From assembly GCA_965250085.1 (NCBI GenBank), contig OZ252287.1, forward strand, positions 992,001-1,056,000: DNA of 64,000 nt, given 5' to 3'. The number at the start of each line of letters is the position of its first letter. The first letter of the stretch is position 1. This DNA comes from Candidatus Altimarinota bacterium (GTDB taxonomy: Bacteria; Patescibacteriota; Gracilibacteria; CAIRYL01). Position numbers and translations under genes: made by a program. The notes under the pieces are model-generated. The model searched no databases. It was given only the letters and a program-made list of their open reading frames with translations, and was not told the DNA's origin. Shown here one piece after another: positions 30,209 through 41,904 of this stretch.

Positions 30209-30877
30209 TTACGATTTGCTCTTCTCTTTTTCTTCTTGGTGTAGTTCAGCAGAAACCTTCATTCCTTCACGAGAAATATTTTTCCAATCATAAGGGAAGC
30301 GATAGTTCTCTATAGCTCGTACAAGTGAGGCAAATACTTGCCATCCATTGTAGGAAGGAAACAGGAAAGAATTGCCTTTTTCTTGGTTTGGATTATAGTC
30401 CTCGAGGAGGATGGAGGAATCTTCTTTTGCCAAAGGAACCACTCCATAGGACAACATATTTTTTAACGCTTGCTCTCCATTTGTATCATCAGTAAGCAGA
30501 AGCATGGCATCGCTGGCGGAATAGAGTTTTCTCATATTTTCTTGTGTGTTTTCCAAAATTACAATTGAATCATTTTCTTTCGCAAATTCTGTCAGAATCA
30601 TTTGATATTTTTCCGTTCCAATACCAAGAAGTGCTAATTGAATACCAAGAGCTTCAATGCCAGGAAGAATCTTTGCAAGAAGGTCAGCACCACTTTTTTC
30701 TGTCAATGGCATCCCAAAACCCAGCAAAAATATTTTTGATTCTTGCAAAAGTCCAAATTCACTTTGAAACTCTTCTTTGTTTGTCGCTTTTTTTTCAAAA
30801 GTATGTACGGCAAACTTTGCATAGATTTTGTTGTCATACGCCGCCGAAGGCAATTTTATGACTTGAGAGGAATTCAT
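30209..30877 (-). CDS. Stand-alone glycogen synthase (GT5) C-terminal-domain-like protein
   Basis: LTEKSGADLL, LYSASDAML, YGVVPL, GNSFLF..Y, RA...Y...W resemble the GlgA C-domain. Confidence 0.65.
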   Translation of the reverse strand: MNSSQVIKLPSAAYDNKIYAKFAVHTFEKKATNKEEFQSEFGLLQESKIFLLGFGMPLTEKSGADLLAKILPGIEALGIQLALLGIGTEKYQMILTEFAKENDSIVILENTQENMRKLYSASDAMLLLTDDTNGEQALKNMLSYGVVPLAKEDSSILLEDYNPNQEKGNSFLFPSYNGWQVFASLVRAIENYRFPYDWKNISREGMKVSAELHQEEKEKSKS

Positions 30878-31008
30878 ATTTCTTTTTGTGTGATTTTTGA
30901 AAAAAATGTATCTGAACATAATAGCAGAAAACTTCTTTTTGCTGAAGTAAATACCCTTGCCAAACCATGCAGATTTCTGCAAAAAACATATTTCCTATTT
31001 TGTCCAAT

Positions 31009-31602
31009 ATGACCTCTATAAAATCTCAAATTCGAAAAAACATACTCCACAAAAGAAAAGAGCAATCGTTTGAAGACAATAAAACAAAGTCGCATATCAT
31101 ATGTCATTTTCTTTTGCAGAACATCCAAAAATCTCTCCCTCAAGGGGGACGAATACTTCTCTATGCTCCCCGACAATCAGAAGTCGATATTTTTCCTCTT
31201 TTCGAAATGCTAAAACAAGAGAGCACAGTCGAATATCACTGTTTGTTTCCAAAAATAACTGATGAAAGAGCCTGCGCCCTGGAAGCTGTACAGGTTCGAA
31301 ATAGAGATTCATTTACAGACCATGGCAACAGCTTTGGTATTCAGGAGTCAAGCAATACTGACTATGAAGACCCCACATCTCTTGATCTTGTTCTGGTGCC
31401 ATCTATTGCGATTGACACACAAGGCAATCGCATTGGGCATGGGAAAGGATTTTATGATCGATTCTTGAAGAGGATTTTACCAACTTGCTATAAATGGGCA
31501 CCTGTCTTTTTCTTCCAAAGGGTTGAAAAAATTCCAGTCGATTCTTATGATGTTCCTGTCGGTGCTATTATTGATGAAACCGGCTTTTTCTCTCATTTGT
31601 AA
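31009..31602 (+). CDS. 5-formyltetrahydrofolate cyclo-ligase
   Basis: DLVLVPSIAID..GNRIGHGKGFYDRFL. Confidence 0.92.
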   Translation: MTSIKSQIRKNILHKRKEQSFEDNKTKSHIICHFLLQNIQKSLPQGGRILLYAPRQSEVDIFPLFEMLKQESTVEYHCLFPKITDERACALEAVQVRNRDSFTDHGNSFGIQESSNTDYEDPTSLDLVLVPSIAIDTQGNRIGHGKGFYDRFLKRILPTCYKWAPVFFFQRVEKIPVDSYDVPVGAIIDETGFFSHL

Positions 31603-31610
31603 ATTCCCCC

Positions 31611-32861
31611 ATGGATTATTCTGCTATAAAAACTACAGATCCAGCACTGTATGATATTTTGCTTCTAGAAGAACAGAGGCAAAAGGAAGGCCTCGAACTC
31701 ATTCCATCGGAGAACTATACATCACCAGCTGTAATGCAGGCTATGGGAAGCATCCTTACCAATAAATATTCAGAAGGATATCCATACAAAAGGTATTATG
31801 GAGGACAAAAAAACATTGATTCTATGGAAGAACTCGCTATTAAGCGAGCAAAGGAAATTTTTAAGTGTGAACATGTGAATGTTCAGCCATACTCTGGTTC
31901 TCCGGCCAATACAGCTGTATATTTTGCCCTCCTGGAACATGGAGACAAAATCATGGGAATGAAACTCGATCATGGAGGTCATATTACTCATGGCCTTCCT
32001 ATTTCATATTCGGGACGAAGTTATGAAATTGCCCCATACACAGTAAACAAGGAGACAGAACAAATTGACATGGATGAAGTGGAGCAGATTGCACTTCAGG
32101 AAAACCCCAAGATGATCATCGCTGGATTTTCTGCATATTCACGAGATCTTGATTGGAAGCGATTCCGAGAAATTGCAGATAAAGTGGGTGCTATTTTGAT
32201 GGCAGACATAGCTCATATTGCAGGACTCATTGCAGCAGGAGTACTCAGGAATCCATTTGACTATGGCTTTGATGTGGTGACGACGACGACACACAAAACT
32301 CTACGGGGCCCTCGTGGCGGTATGATTATGTGTAAGGAAAAATACGCAAAAGCAATTGATAGAGCTGTTTTTCCAGGATTGCAAGGGGGACCGCACGATC
32401 ATGTGAATGCTGGGAAAGCGATCTGTTTTCAAGAGATTCTCACTTCTGACTTTCGAAAGTATTCTGAACAAATAGTTGCTAATGCACAAAAACTCGCAGA
32501 AGTACTGATAGCTCGAGGGTTTCGAATTTGCTCTGGAGGAACAGACAATCATCTTCTGCTTATTGATCTGACCAATAAAAATGTAACAGGACTGCAGGCA
32601 GAAAAAGCACTCGATAACGCAGAAATTACTGTCAATAAGAACACAATTCCCTATGAAACCAGATCACCATTTGATCCTTCTGGCATTCGACTCGGGACTC
32701 CAGCGGTCACTACGAGAGGAATGGAAGAAGAAGAAATGGAGAAAATCGGTAACTGGATAGCTGATGTGGTGGAAAACTTTGAAGACACTGCCCTGCATGA
32801 AAAAGTGCGGGAAGAAGTCAAAAAATTGGCATTGCAGTTTCCGGTTCCGGGGATTGAGTAA
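31611..32861 (+). CDS. glyA: Serine hydroxymethyltransferase
   Basis: LIPSENY, NKYSEGYP, TTTTHKTLRGPRGG. Confidence 0.98.
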   Translation: MDYSAIKTTDPALYDILLLEEQRQKEGLELIPSENYTSPAVMQAMGSILTNKYSEGYPYKRYYGGQKNIDSMEELAIKRAKEIFKCEHVNVQPYSGSPANTAVYFALLEHGDKIMGMKLDHGGHITHGLPISYSGRSYEIAPYTVNKETEQIDMDEVEQIALQENPKMIIAGFSAYSRDLDWKRFREIADKVGAILMADIAHIAGLIAAGVLRNPFDYGFDVVTTTTHKTLRGPRGGMIMCKEKYAKAIDRAVFPGLQGGPHDHVNAGKAICFQEILTSDFRKYSEQIVANAQKLAEVLIARGFRICSGGTDNHLLLIDLTNKNVTGLQAEKALDNAEITVNKNTIPYETRSPFDPSGIRLGTPAVTTRGMEEEEMEKIGNWIADVVENFEDTALHEKVREEVKKLALQFPVPGIE

Positions 32862-32886
32862 GAATTAAGCAATAAGTAGTAAGCCT
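32859..32886. repeat. Heptamer array (TAAGnnn x4) beginning at the glyA stop codon
   Basis: TAAGAAT TAAGCAA TAAGTAG TAAGCCT. Confidence 0.5.
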
Positions 32887-32901
32887 GTCTACTTGGTATT
32901 T

Positions 32902-32930
32902 GTAGAGGAGGGTTTGAAACCCTCCCCTAC
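32902..32930. repeat. GTAG-type REP palindrome (may act as terminator between convergent glyA and recX)
   Basis: GTAGAGGAGGGTTTGAAACCCTCCCCTAC. Confidence 0.75.
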
Positions 32931-33019
32931 GAATATGGAATCCTCCGTTGGTCGAAGTCTTTTACGCATATAGATGAGTCTTAAAGTCTCTCATGGAGGA
33001 CTTGCTCCTGCGTCAAAAC

Positions 33020-33490
33020 TTATATTTCTTCCAAAATTTCGAATATCACTCCGCTCGCAAATCCACGAGAAGATAAAAAGCGAAAGAGTTTCTCTTTTTT
33101 CTTCTTTTTTTCTAGGTTCTGAGAAAATGATAAGAGCTTTTGTTTTGCTAATTTTTCAACAGCGGTACGCTCATCCTCATCAGAAATTGTTTCCAGAACT
33201 TCAGAAATAATATCGGCATCTACCCTTTTTCTTTGTAACTCCATCCTCAGGGCAAATCGGCCTCGTGGAGAAGTATTTTGGCGATGGTGGATATACATCT
33301 CTGCAAAGGAGCTATCATCCAGTAGCTTTTGCTCTACACATTCTTGAAGTACGTGTTCAATGATTTCAGGTTGATCCGAAAACTTTTTGAGCAATTTTGC
33401 TTTGAGCTCAAATACTGAATGAGCTCTGAGCGATAAAATCTTGAGTGCTTTGTTTCGTATGCGTTGAAGTGTTTTCTTTTCTTCTGTCAT
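33020..33490 (-). CDS. recX: Regulatory protein RecX
   Basis: ALKILSLR.HS..EL..KL, LLDDSSFA, FL.SRGF. Confidence 0.9.
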   Translation of the reverse strand: MTEEKKTLQRIRNKALKILSLRAHSVFELKAKLLKKFSDQPEIIEHVLQECVEQKLLDDSSFAEMYIHHRQNTSPRGRFALRMELQRKRVDADIISEVLETISDEDERTAVEKLAKQKLLSFSQNLEKKKKKEKLFRFLSSRGFASGVIFEILEEI

Positions 33491-33523
33491 ATTTTTCTTC
33501 TGAGAATTCTCAGAGAAGAGCAT

Positions 33524-33556
33524 ACCCCTCTCTTATCTCCCCTAAAAGGGGAGAGG
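33524..33556. repeat. CCCCT..AGGGG palindromic repeat
   Basis: ACCCCTCTCTTATCTCCCCTAAAAGGGGAGAGG between dcd and recX. Confidence 0.6.
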
Positions 33557-34144
33557 CTAATATGATTGAAATTCTGGATCATTTCCAATTTTACTTTCTT
33601 CGGGAAGCTGTTGCCCCTGATATTTAGAAGAAGATTTTTCCCCATATGGCACCTCTGCCGGAGAGCTCATTTGCTCAAAAGCAATCTGACAAATCCTCAT
33701 GTCAGGATAGAGAACAATGGGCATTGTATTAAGATTTGTGATCTCCAGAGTGATCGTACCCTCAAATCCAGCATCAACAAATCCAGCAGTAGAGTGAACT
33801 ACAAGGCCCAATCTTCCCAGAGAGCTTCGACCCTCTACTCGCGCTACGATATCATTGGGGAGCTTAATGCTCTCGAGGGTCACTCCTAAAACAAATTCGC
33901 CAGGTAGAATTTTAAATGGTTCATTTTCTGCAATCTCAACGAGCTGAGTTATATTTTCTGCATTCTGCATTTTTCGTGGATCCAGAATGTCGATTTTTTC
34001 AGGAATGTATTTTTTAAAAAATTTTCCGAGCCGAAGATCCAAAGAAGAGGCATGGACCTGAGAGAGATATTCTTTATGAGGAGAAATTATATGAATATCT
34101 CCAGATGCAATTTTTGCCTTGATATCACGATCAGATAAAATCAT
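33557..34144 (-). CDS. dcd: dCTP deaminase
   Basis: MILSDRDI, SLDLRLG, EGRSSLGRLG, AGFVDAGFEGTITLE. Confidence 0.96.
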   Translation of the reverse strand: MILSDRDIKAKIASGDIHIISPHKEYLSQVHASSLDLRLGKFFKKYIPEKIDILDPRKMQNAENITQLVEIAENEPFKILPGEFVLGVTLESIKLPNDIVARVEGRSSLGRLGLVVHSTAGFVDAGFEGTITLEITNLNTMPIVLYPDMRICQIAFEQMSSPAEVPYGEKSSSKYQGQQLPEESKIGNDPEFQSY

Positions 34145-34244
34145 ATGAGAAATTATAGATTTATAAACGCAAAAAATATCGTGTGACGAAACCATCCGTC
34201 TAAGGGGATTGCACACCCTTTTGAATACGAAGTAAGTATGATAA

Positions 34245-35753
34245 TTATAAAAGTGAAAGCGGACTCTTGGTATATTCCAGATCTCTTTTAGTACGTACAG
34301 AGTCGTTTCTGAGTTGTTCAATACGCATGAGGTAGTCTGTGTTCACATTTCCTGTGCAATATTTGCCATCAAAACACGAGGTATCAAATCCATCAAGCTT
34401 CGGATTTCCTTCTTTTCCAGATGCAATCAGAGCGTCAAGCTTTTGGTAAAACACTCCATCTGCACCGATAAACTTCGCGACCTCATCTTCTGTGAGACCA
34501 TGAGCAATGAGCTCTTGGCGTGAGGGCATGTCAATACCATATACGTTTGGATATCGTACTGGTGGAGCGGCTGAGGCAAAATAAACTTTTTGAGCGCCTA
34601 CCTCACGCGCCATTTGAATAATTTCCTTAGAAGTATTGCCTCGGACAATGGAGTCATCTACCAAGAGGACATTTTTTCCCTTCATTTCAAGTGACACCGC
34701 ATTGAGTTTTTGGCGGATAGATTTTTTACGCATTTCCTGACCAGGCATAATAAACGTACGACCAATGTATCTGTTTTTAATAAATCCTTCCCTATATTTT
34801 GCCCCAAACCTATGAGCCACTTCAAGTGCAGCCGTACGTCCAGAGTCGGGAATAGGAATCACGACATCAACATCCTTTTTTTTGAGTTTTTTTAAGATCT
34901 TTTTTGCTAAGAATTGACCCATCCTGAGTCTGGTTTTATACACAGAAATTCCGTCAATGATAGAGTCGGGACGAGCAAGATAAACATGCTCAAAGATGCA
35001 GGGCATATATTTTGTTTTCTTTGCACAAATGGCACTTTCATACTCTTCTGATCCGAATGGGAAAAAGACACACTCTCCAGGCAAAACATCTCGGATCACT
35101 TCAAATTCTAAAGCATCAAGTGCAACACTTTCAGAAGCGACCATGTAGTCAATTCCACGAGATGTTTCACGTTTTCCAAAAATAAGCGGGCGAATAGCAT
35201 GTGGATCACGAAATGCAATGATGCCATGTCCACCAATGAGTGCGACACATGCATATGCACCATTACATCGTTTATTGAGTCTTGTAACAGCTGAAAAAAT
35301 ATCTTTTGCGGATAATTCAATATTTTTTCTTTGTTCCAGCTCATGAGCCAAAATATTAAGCAAAATTTCAGAGTCTGAACTCGTGTTCAAATGCCTTCTA
35401 TCTTTTTCAAATATTTCTTTTGCCAGACCATCAGCATTGATGAGGTTCCCATTATGCGCAAGAGCAATACCGAATGGCGCATTTACATAAAAAGGTTGTG
35501 CTTCCATAGGAGAAGCGCAACCAGCTGTTGGGTATCGCACATGACCAATGCCAGCCATGCCAGCAAGCTTTTTCATATGGCGAGTCCGAATGACGTCTCT
35601 CAAGAGACCATTGTCTTTGTGTAAGTGGAACTTACCATCAAATGTAGCGGCACCAGCGGCATCCTGCCCTCTGTGCTGGAGAGTCGTCAATGCATCAAAA
35701 ATATCCTGATTGACTGGATATTCGCTGTTAACAAGACCAACAATACCGCACAT
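34245..35753 (-). CDS. purF: Amidophosphoribosyltransferase
   Basis: MCGIVG Ntn start, QHRGQD, VDDSIVRGNT PRT motif. Confidence 0.98.
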   Translation of the reverse strand: MCGIVGLVNSEYPVNQDIFDALTTLQHRGQDAAGAATFDGKFHLHKDNGLLRDVIRTRHMKKLAGMAGIGHVRYPTAGCASPMEAQPFYVNAPFGIALAHNGNLINADGLAKEIFEKDRRHLNTSSDSEILLNILAHELEQRKNIELSAKDIFSAVTRLNKRCNGAYACVALIGGHGIIAFRDPHAIRPLIFGKRETSRGIDYMVASESVALDALEFEVIRDVLPGECVFFPFGSEEYESAICAKKTKYMPCIFEHVYLARPDSIIDGISVYKTRLRMGQFLAKKILKKLKKKDVDVVIPIPDSGRTAALEVAHRFGAKYREGFIKNRYIGRTFIMPGQEMRKKSIRQKLNAVSLEMKGKNVLLVDDSIVRGNTSKEIIQMAREVGAQKVYFASAAPPVRYPNVYGIDMPSRQELIAHGLTEDEVAKFIGADGVFYQKLDALIASGKEGNPKLDGFDTSCFDGKYCTGNVNTDYLMRIEQLRNDSVRTKRDLEYTKSPLSLL

Positions 35754-35900
35754 AGCGATAAAAAAAGTATGTTCATTGTGGAGGAAAGATCAGAAAAGAT
35801 CAATTTTTTTGTGGAGAACTTTTTTTAGGATTTGCGCCAAAAGAGGATTGTAATAATGCTATTATTATGTTATAATAAACATATAAACAAATATAAATAA

Positions 35901-36422
35901 ATGGAAAATATCAATGCTTCGTCAAAAGAAAATGATCAAAATGCTCCTCCTAATAGGAGCGAAAAAATAGCTGAATCTTCTCTTTTAACAGGAATACGCC
36001 TTGATTCCCTGCAAGAAAGTATTGAGGAAAATAATTTTAGAGAAACTCTCAAAACAGATTTCCTGCCTATATTACAAGCCCTTATTGCTCTTCGAGGCAA
36101 AGGAATAAAAGGAGCTCTTTTTGGGGTAAGAAATGGTCCCCTAGGGAGATATTTAGAAAAGATAGAAAGGATAGAAAAAAAATATAAAAACCTTAGAGAA
36201 GTTCCAAAAGATTCAAATATTTTATCAAAAGAAACACAAATCTTAGCGCGCATGGTGATAAGTGATATTCCTTTTGTAGTAAGCGCGTTTTATGAATGTG
36301 GAAAAATTTTAACACCAGAATATAAATCCAAATCAGGCATCAAAATACGCCAACAATTAGCAATATTGGAAGAAATTGAAGAACAAGCCAATCTTATCTT
36401 GCAAGTAAAAGTGCAGGAATAA
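35901..36422 (+). CDS. Hypothetical helical protein
   Basis: 173-aa ORF in AT-rich context with upstream TATAAT. Confidence 0.6.
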   Translation: MENINASSKENDQNAPPNRSEKIAESSLLTGIRLDSLQESIEENNFRETLKTDFLPILQALIALRGKGIKGALFGVRNGPLGRYLEKIERIEKKYKNLREVPKDSNILSKETQILARMVISDIPFVVSAFYECGKILTPEYKSKSGIKIRQQLAILEEIEEQANLILQVKVQE

Positions 36423-36522
36423 GTGAACTATTTTTGATACTTCCAAAAGGGGACTGGTTCAATATTCCCCTTCCAAAAGCTCTTATTTTCTGCTATAATA
36501 GGAAGATTTTTAGAGCATTTTT

Positions 36523-36807
36523 GTGGAATCACCATCTGCTGCTTGGCACGGGAAAACTCATATGACTTCTGCACAAAGAAAAAGAATGAGAAAAAACATT
36601 GTTGCAGGAGGGAAAAAAGCAGATCAAATAAGAGAAATGTCCAAACATCACCATGAGTTACATGAAATCCCACATGCAGAAAAAATAATAGAAAATGCAC
36701 TTCAAAACATCTCTGAAGAGCAAAATACAGAATCTCCTTCACTCCCAAGCAATCACCACACAAAAAACTCTTTTTTTAAACGACTCAAACAGTTTTTTCT
36801 TCCGTAA
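36523..36807 (+). CDS. Small hypothetical protein
   Basis: First gene of a co-directional cluster; start may be 36562. Confidence 0.55.
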   Translation: MESPSAAWHGKTHMTSAQRKRMRKNIVAGGKKADQIREMSKHHHELHEIPHAEKIIENALQNISEEQNTESPSLPSNHHTKNSFFKRLKQFFLP

Positions 36808-36814
36808 TGTCATC

Positions 36815-37114
36815 ATGATCAATACGCAAAAACTCGTCGAATATATAGAATCTGCCCCATTTCCACGGACAGAAAGAGATCGCTTGATTACCTTGGCATG
36901 CGTAGCAGATGAAGAGCACCAACGCCATATTTATCTTCTTGTGAAAAAGTTTGCGGAACGAGTTAAAAATTCCTCCTCCCTCAGAAAAGCTCAACAAATT
37001 CGTCAAAAGGGAAAAGAAATTCGAAGATTTATGCATAAAAAAGCTGAAGAAATTTATGGTGCAGTTGAAAATAATCAATTACAGAATTTAGAACTTACGA
37101 TGAATTCTTTTTAA
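36815..37114 (+). CDS. Small helical hypothetical protein
   Basis: ATG at 36815, closely spaced within the cluster. Confidence 0.6.
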   Translation: MINTQKLVEYIESAPFPRTERDRLITLACVADEEHQRHIYLLVKKFAERVKNSSSLRKAQQIRQKGKEIRRFMHKKAEEIYGAVENNQLQNLELTMNSF

Positions 37115-37122
37115 TTTCTCTT

Positions 37123-38283
37123 ATGCCAGAAGCACAAAATCAACCGGTAGACGCAGGTCTTGATAACGCGAAACAAGCTCTAGAGGAGAATAAGGAGTCA
37201 TCTATTCAAGATTTTGAGAGTGTGAAACAAGGAGTTCTGCATGGAATAGAAAAAGATAAAAGCGAAATATCAAAGCTTCTTCAAGGACTTGAAGAAAATC
37301 CCGAAGCATTACAAGAGTGGGAGACATTTGTACAAAATGATCTTCCAAAGCATATTGCCGAAATAGAGGCCTTACAAAAATCAGAAGATGAAGGAGTGCT
37401 GTCTGGTTTGAAGGTTGCAATAGAGCAATTGGAAGCATCTTGGCAAACACATCAAGCGGTTGCTCAAGAAAGTTCTCATGGGCTGTACGTAAAATCAGAA
37501 AAATATCTAGAGAATACTGCAAAATTTAATGAGCAGATTGACGCTGGACTTGAAAAGAAGCCAATTATGGTAGCTCTTTTTAAAATGATCTCAAAGATGA
37601 TCGGAAAAGATTTTGATGAACTCATTCGTGAACCAGGTTTTATCGGTGATATAGCAAGAGGATTTTTCGAAATGAAAGAGGTAGAGGGTTCTCCAGTCAT
37701 GTCAGAAGACCTCAAAAATAATTTAAAAAAAATGATAAATACTGAAAACGGTGAACCTCTGAGTAATACCATTGACGGAAGTGCAAGCAATGATCCACAA
37801 GTCGCCAACATGCTCGCAGACTTGGGGAAAAGATTTTCTGACTCTACCAAAGGAGAAACCATTTCCGTTGTGGACTCCAAAACATATGGAATATCTTCTC
37901 AGGATCAAAAAAATGCAGGAAAAACTGCTGGAGTAGCAACTCTCCAAGTTTCTAATGCGAATCAAGCTGCGGCAGTTATATTATTTGCACAAAAACGATC
38001 AAAGGATTTGGGAAAAGCTCTTAATGAACGCATCCAAATGGATGGAGAACTCGGACAAGCTCTCAAGGGGTCACTCAAAGATTTAACAAGCTCTGATGTT
38101 AATAAGTATGCGCAAACATATCAGAAAGGCTATCCTGACAATGTAACCGCAAGATATAAAGGCGGTAGTAAAAATGGAGGACATTATGTTCAAGTGCGCT
38201 GGTATACGGATGGTGTCCTAGAACAAAATGAAGATGATACTGATGAGGAATCACCTCAAACTGAAACGAATGAAACCAAATAA
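37123..38283 (+). CDS. Acidic coiled-coil-rich hypothetical protein
   Basis: 386-aa ORF between a small ORF and the NlpC/P60 gene. Confidence 0.75.
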   Translation: MPEAQNQPVDAGLDNAKQALEENKESSIQDFESVKQGVLHGIEKDKSEISKLLQGLEENPEALQEWETFVQNDLPKHIAEIEALQKSEDEGVLSGLKVAIEQLEASWQTHQAVAQESSHGLYVKSEKYLENTAKFNEQIDAGLEKKPIMVALFKMISKMIGKDFDELIREPGFIGDIARGFFEMKEVEGSPVMSEDLKNNLKKMINTENGEPLSNTIDGSASNDPQVANMLADLGKRFSDSTKGETISVVDSKTYGISSQDQKNAGKTAGVATLQVSNANQAAAVILFAQKRSKDLGKALNERIQMDGELGQALKGSLKDLTSSDVNKYAQTYQKGYPDNVTARYKGGSKNGGHYVQVRWYTDGVLEQNEDDTDEESPQTETNETK

Positions 38284-38294
38284 TAATCCTTTTT

Positions 38295-39638
38295 ATGTCT
38301 CTTGATACTACTCCGACGCCGGCTCCAGAAAATGATCTTGAGGGAACTCGCAGAGAAGCACAAAGTGCTCTGTCTGCAGCAAGGGAATCTCGCGAAAAAG
38401 AGGTTCAGAATATGGGCATCAATACATTCCTTCGAAAATCTCTCAATGAAAAACTTACTGCGCTTACAAATCCTCCCTGTCTGCCCGAGTCGCTCACAGA
38501 AGATATGACACTGCGATTTGATTTTTATAACAATACACCTCTCGAAAGGCAAATAAGCTTGGCAGACGTGATGCCACCTGAAGTGAGAGAGGTGATGACT
38601 ACTCAAAAGAACGAAGAACTCAAAGGAACACGCCGTGGGAACACTGGGGAATTTTATAATGCAGAAACTGGTGAACGGTTAAAAATCTTTACCGGCACTG
38701 AAGTCCAAATTTGTAAAATAGACGAGACCCAAGTAGTTCAAATCACAGAAGAGCAAATTGCGACGTATTTGTCCTCACCAGCAGAACAAAATGCAGAGCA
38801 GATTGAAGAACAAAAAAATATAATTCAACTCGCTCTTGAAAAGGGGATCGATCCTCAATTTATTTTGGCCTTACAACAAGTAGAAAATGGAAGAGCTCAG
38901 AGAGCTTTTGGAGTAATGCTCGAAGGAATTGATGATCCTGAATTGCAACTTATAATGGCTATAAAAATCATCGGAAGATATGAAGGTCAATTTGCACGAG
39001 CATATCCAAATATTCCGATTCGAGATAATGATGAAAAGTATACTCCTCAAGCGCTTGCATATTTTTCCGGAAGATATGCTCCAGTAAGCGTGGAAAATGA
39101 TCCTGAAAATCTTAATAAAAATCATCTTCCAAATCTTGCGAATATTTATGGGCAAACCGATGGATCATATACTGCAAATGCACAGGAATTCCTCGCACAA
39201 TATAATGAGAGATTCCGTTCATTCAATGAACCACTAAAACAAGTAACTGCCGATGAAGTGTTACAAGCCGCCCATCGTTATGAAGGACGATCTTATGAAT
39301 GGGGTGGAGAAGGAAGATCTCAAGGGGGAATTGATTGTTCAGGGCTTGTAATACAAGCACTGCGAGATACAGGAGCTATATCTCCAAATTGTGATGCAGG
39401 AGCAGCGTACATTTTTGATATCGCACAAAAAATCCCTCCCATGGAAGGAGAAGAAGGGAACATGCTTTTTTGGGATACACCTGGAAAAGGGATTACCCAT
39501 GTTGCTATTATTGAAAAAAATTTAGGAAATGGAAACTATCTAGTGTTTGATTCTTCTAGAACAACAGGAAGAGTGACAACAAGAGTGGTTCAAGCTGATA
39601 ATATTCACAAAGTCGGGATCCTTCCCCATATTGCTTAA
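38295..39638 (+). CDS. Peptidoglycan hydrolase: lysozyme-like domain plus C-terminal NlpC/P60 peptidase
   Basis: GIDPQFILAL..VENG and RYAP..ENDP.NLN (lysozyme-like); YEWGG..GIDCSGLV..HVAI (NlpC/P60 Cys-His). Confidence 0.8.
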   Translation: MSLDTTPTPAPENDLEGTRREAQSALSAARESREKEVQNMGINTFLRKSLNEKLTALTNPPCLPESLTEDMTLRFDFYNNTPLERQISLADVMPPEVREVMTTQKNEELKGTRRGNTGEFYNAETGERLKIFTGTEVQICKIDETQVVQITEEQIATYLSSPAEQNAEQIEEQKNIIQLALEKGIDPQFILALQQVENGRAQRAFGVMLEGIDDPELQLIMAIKIIGRYEGQFARAYPNIPIRDNDEKYTPQALAYFSGRYAPVSVENDPENLNKNHLPNLANIYGQTDGSYTANAQEFLAQYNERFRSFNEPLKQVTADEVLQAAHRYEGRSYEWGGEGRSQGGIDCSGLVIQALRDTGAISPNCDAGAAYIFDIAQKIPPMEGEEGNMLFWDTPGKGITHVAIIEKNLGNGNYLVFDSSRTTGRVTTRVVQADNIHKVGILPHIA

Positions 39639-39640
39639 AA

Positions 39641-41002
<1,362 letters not shown>

Positions 41003-41220
41003 TTATAAGCATACGAAGGGACAAAAATTCCTTGCAGATTTTTCAAAATCTGAGGAAATATAGAAGTCATAAAAATAGAGTTCTCAACTATATTTTCATA
41101 TGTTTATTATTCCTTCAAAAAAGACACAACCCTCCAAAGGAGTCTCTCCAACTGTGATTTTTTTCACGATTTTTCGAGAGATATGCTACCATTTCCCCCG
41201 TATCCTTTTATCCCTTTTTC

Positions 41221-41832
41221 ATGAAACCATTAAAGGCGCAACAATATTTTGCGGAGTTAATAGGCACGTTTGCCCTTACTTTCGCTGTTACACTTTCTCT
41301 TACAACGAATTTGCCATTGGCAACACCTCTTATAGCAGGTCTTACTCTTGGGCTTTTTGTTTACACTATTGGTGACATTAGTGGTGCACATATTAATCCC
41401 GCAGTAACACTTTCCATGCTCGGTCTTGGAAAAATTGATGTCCGAGACACTATTTTTTATATTATTTTCCAAGTACTCGGAGCATATCTCGCAATGCTCT
41501 TTGCAGAATATCTCATTCCTGGAGGCCTTTCTGGAGCAGGGTTAGTATTTGATGACACAGCGCCAATCGCTCTTGCGGAGGCACTCGGAGTATTTGTCCT
41601 TGTCTTCGGAATATCTGCTGTAGTATTTAAAAAAGTGAATGCTGGAGCTGCAGGGCTGGTGGTAGGAGGATCGCTTCTTTTGGGAATACTTCTCACAGGA
41701 GGAGCTTCTCATGGAGTTCTCAATCCTGCTGTAGCATTTGGACTCGGATCTCGATCACTCATCTATGTTCTGGGACCTGTTATTGGAGGATTTTTGGGAG
41801 CACAGGTGTACGCATACCTCAAAAGCAAATAA
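41221..41832 (+). CDS. Aquaporin / MIP family channel
   Basis: SGAHINPAVT and LNPAVA (two NPA motifs). Confidence 0.93.
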   Translation: MKPLKAQQYFAELIGTFALTFAVTLSLTTNLPLATPLIAGLTLGLFVYTIGDISGAHINPAVTLSMLGLGKIDVRDTIFYIIFQVLGAYLAMLFAEYLIPGGLSGAGLVFDDTAPIALAEALGVFVLVFGISAVVFKKVNAGAAGLVVGGSLLLGILLTGGASHGVLNPAVAFGLGSRSLIYVLGPVIGGFLGAQVYAYLKSK

Positions 41833-41850
41833 GTCTTTATTTATTTTTCA

Positions 41851-41883
41851 TAAAAAGGAGGGTGTAAAAGTCCCTCTTTTTTA
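41851..41883. terminator. Probable bidirectional intrinsic terminator
   Basis: AAAAAGGAGGG..CCCTCTTTTTT hairpin between convergent genes. Confidence 0.6.
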
Positions 41884-41904
41884 GCATATGAAACATTATT
41901 GACT

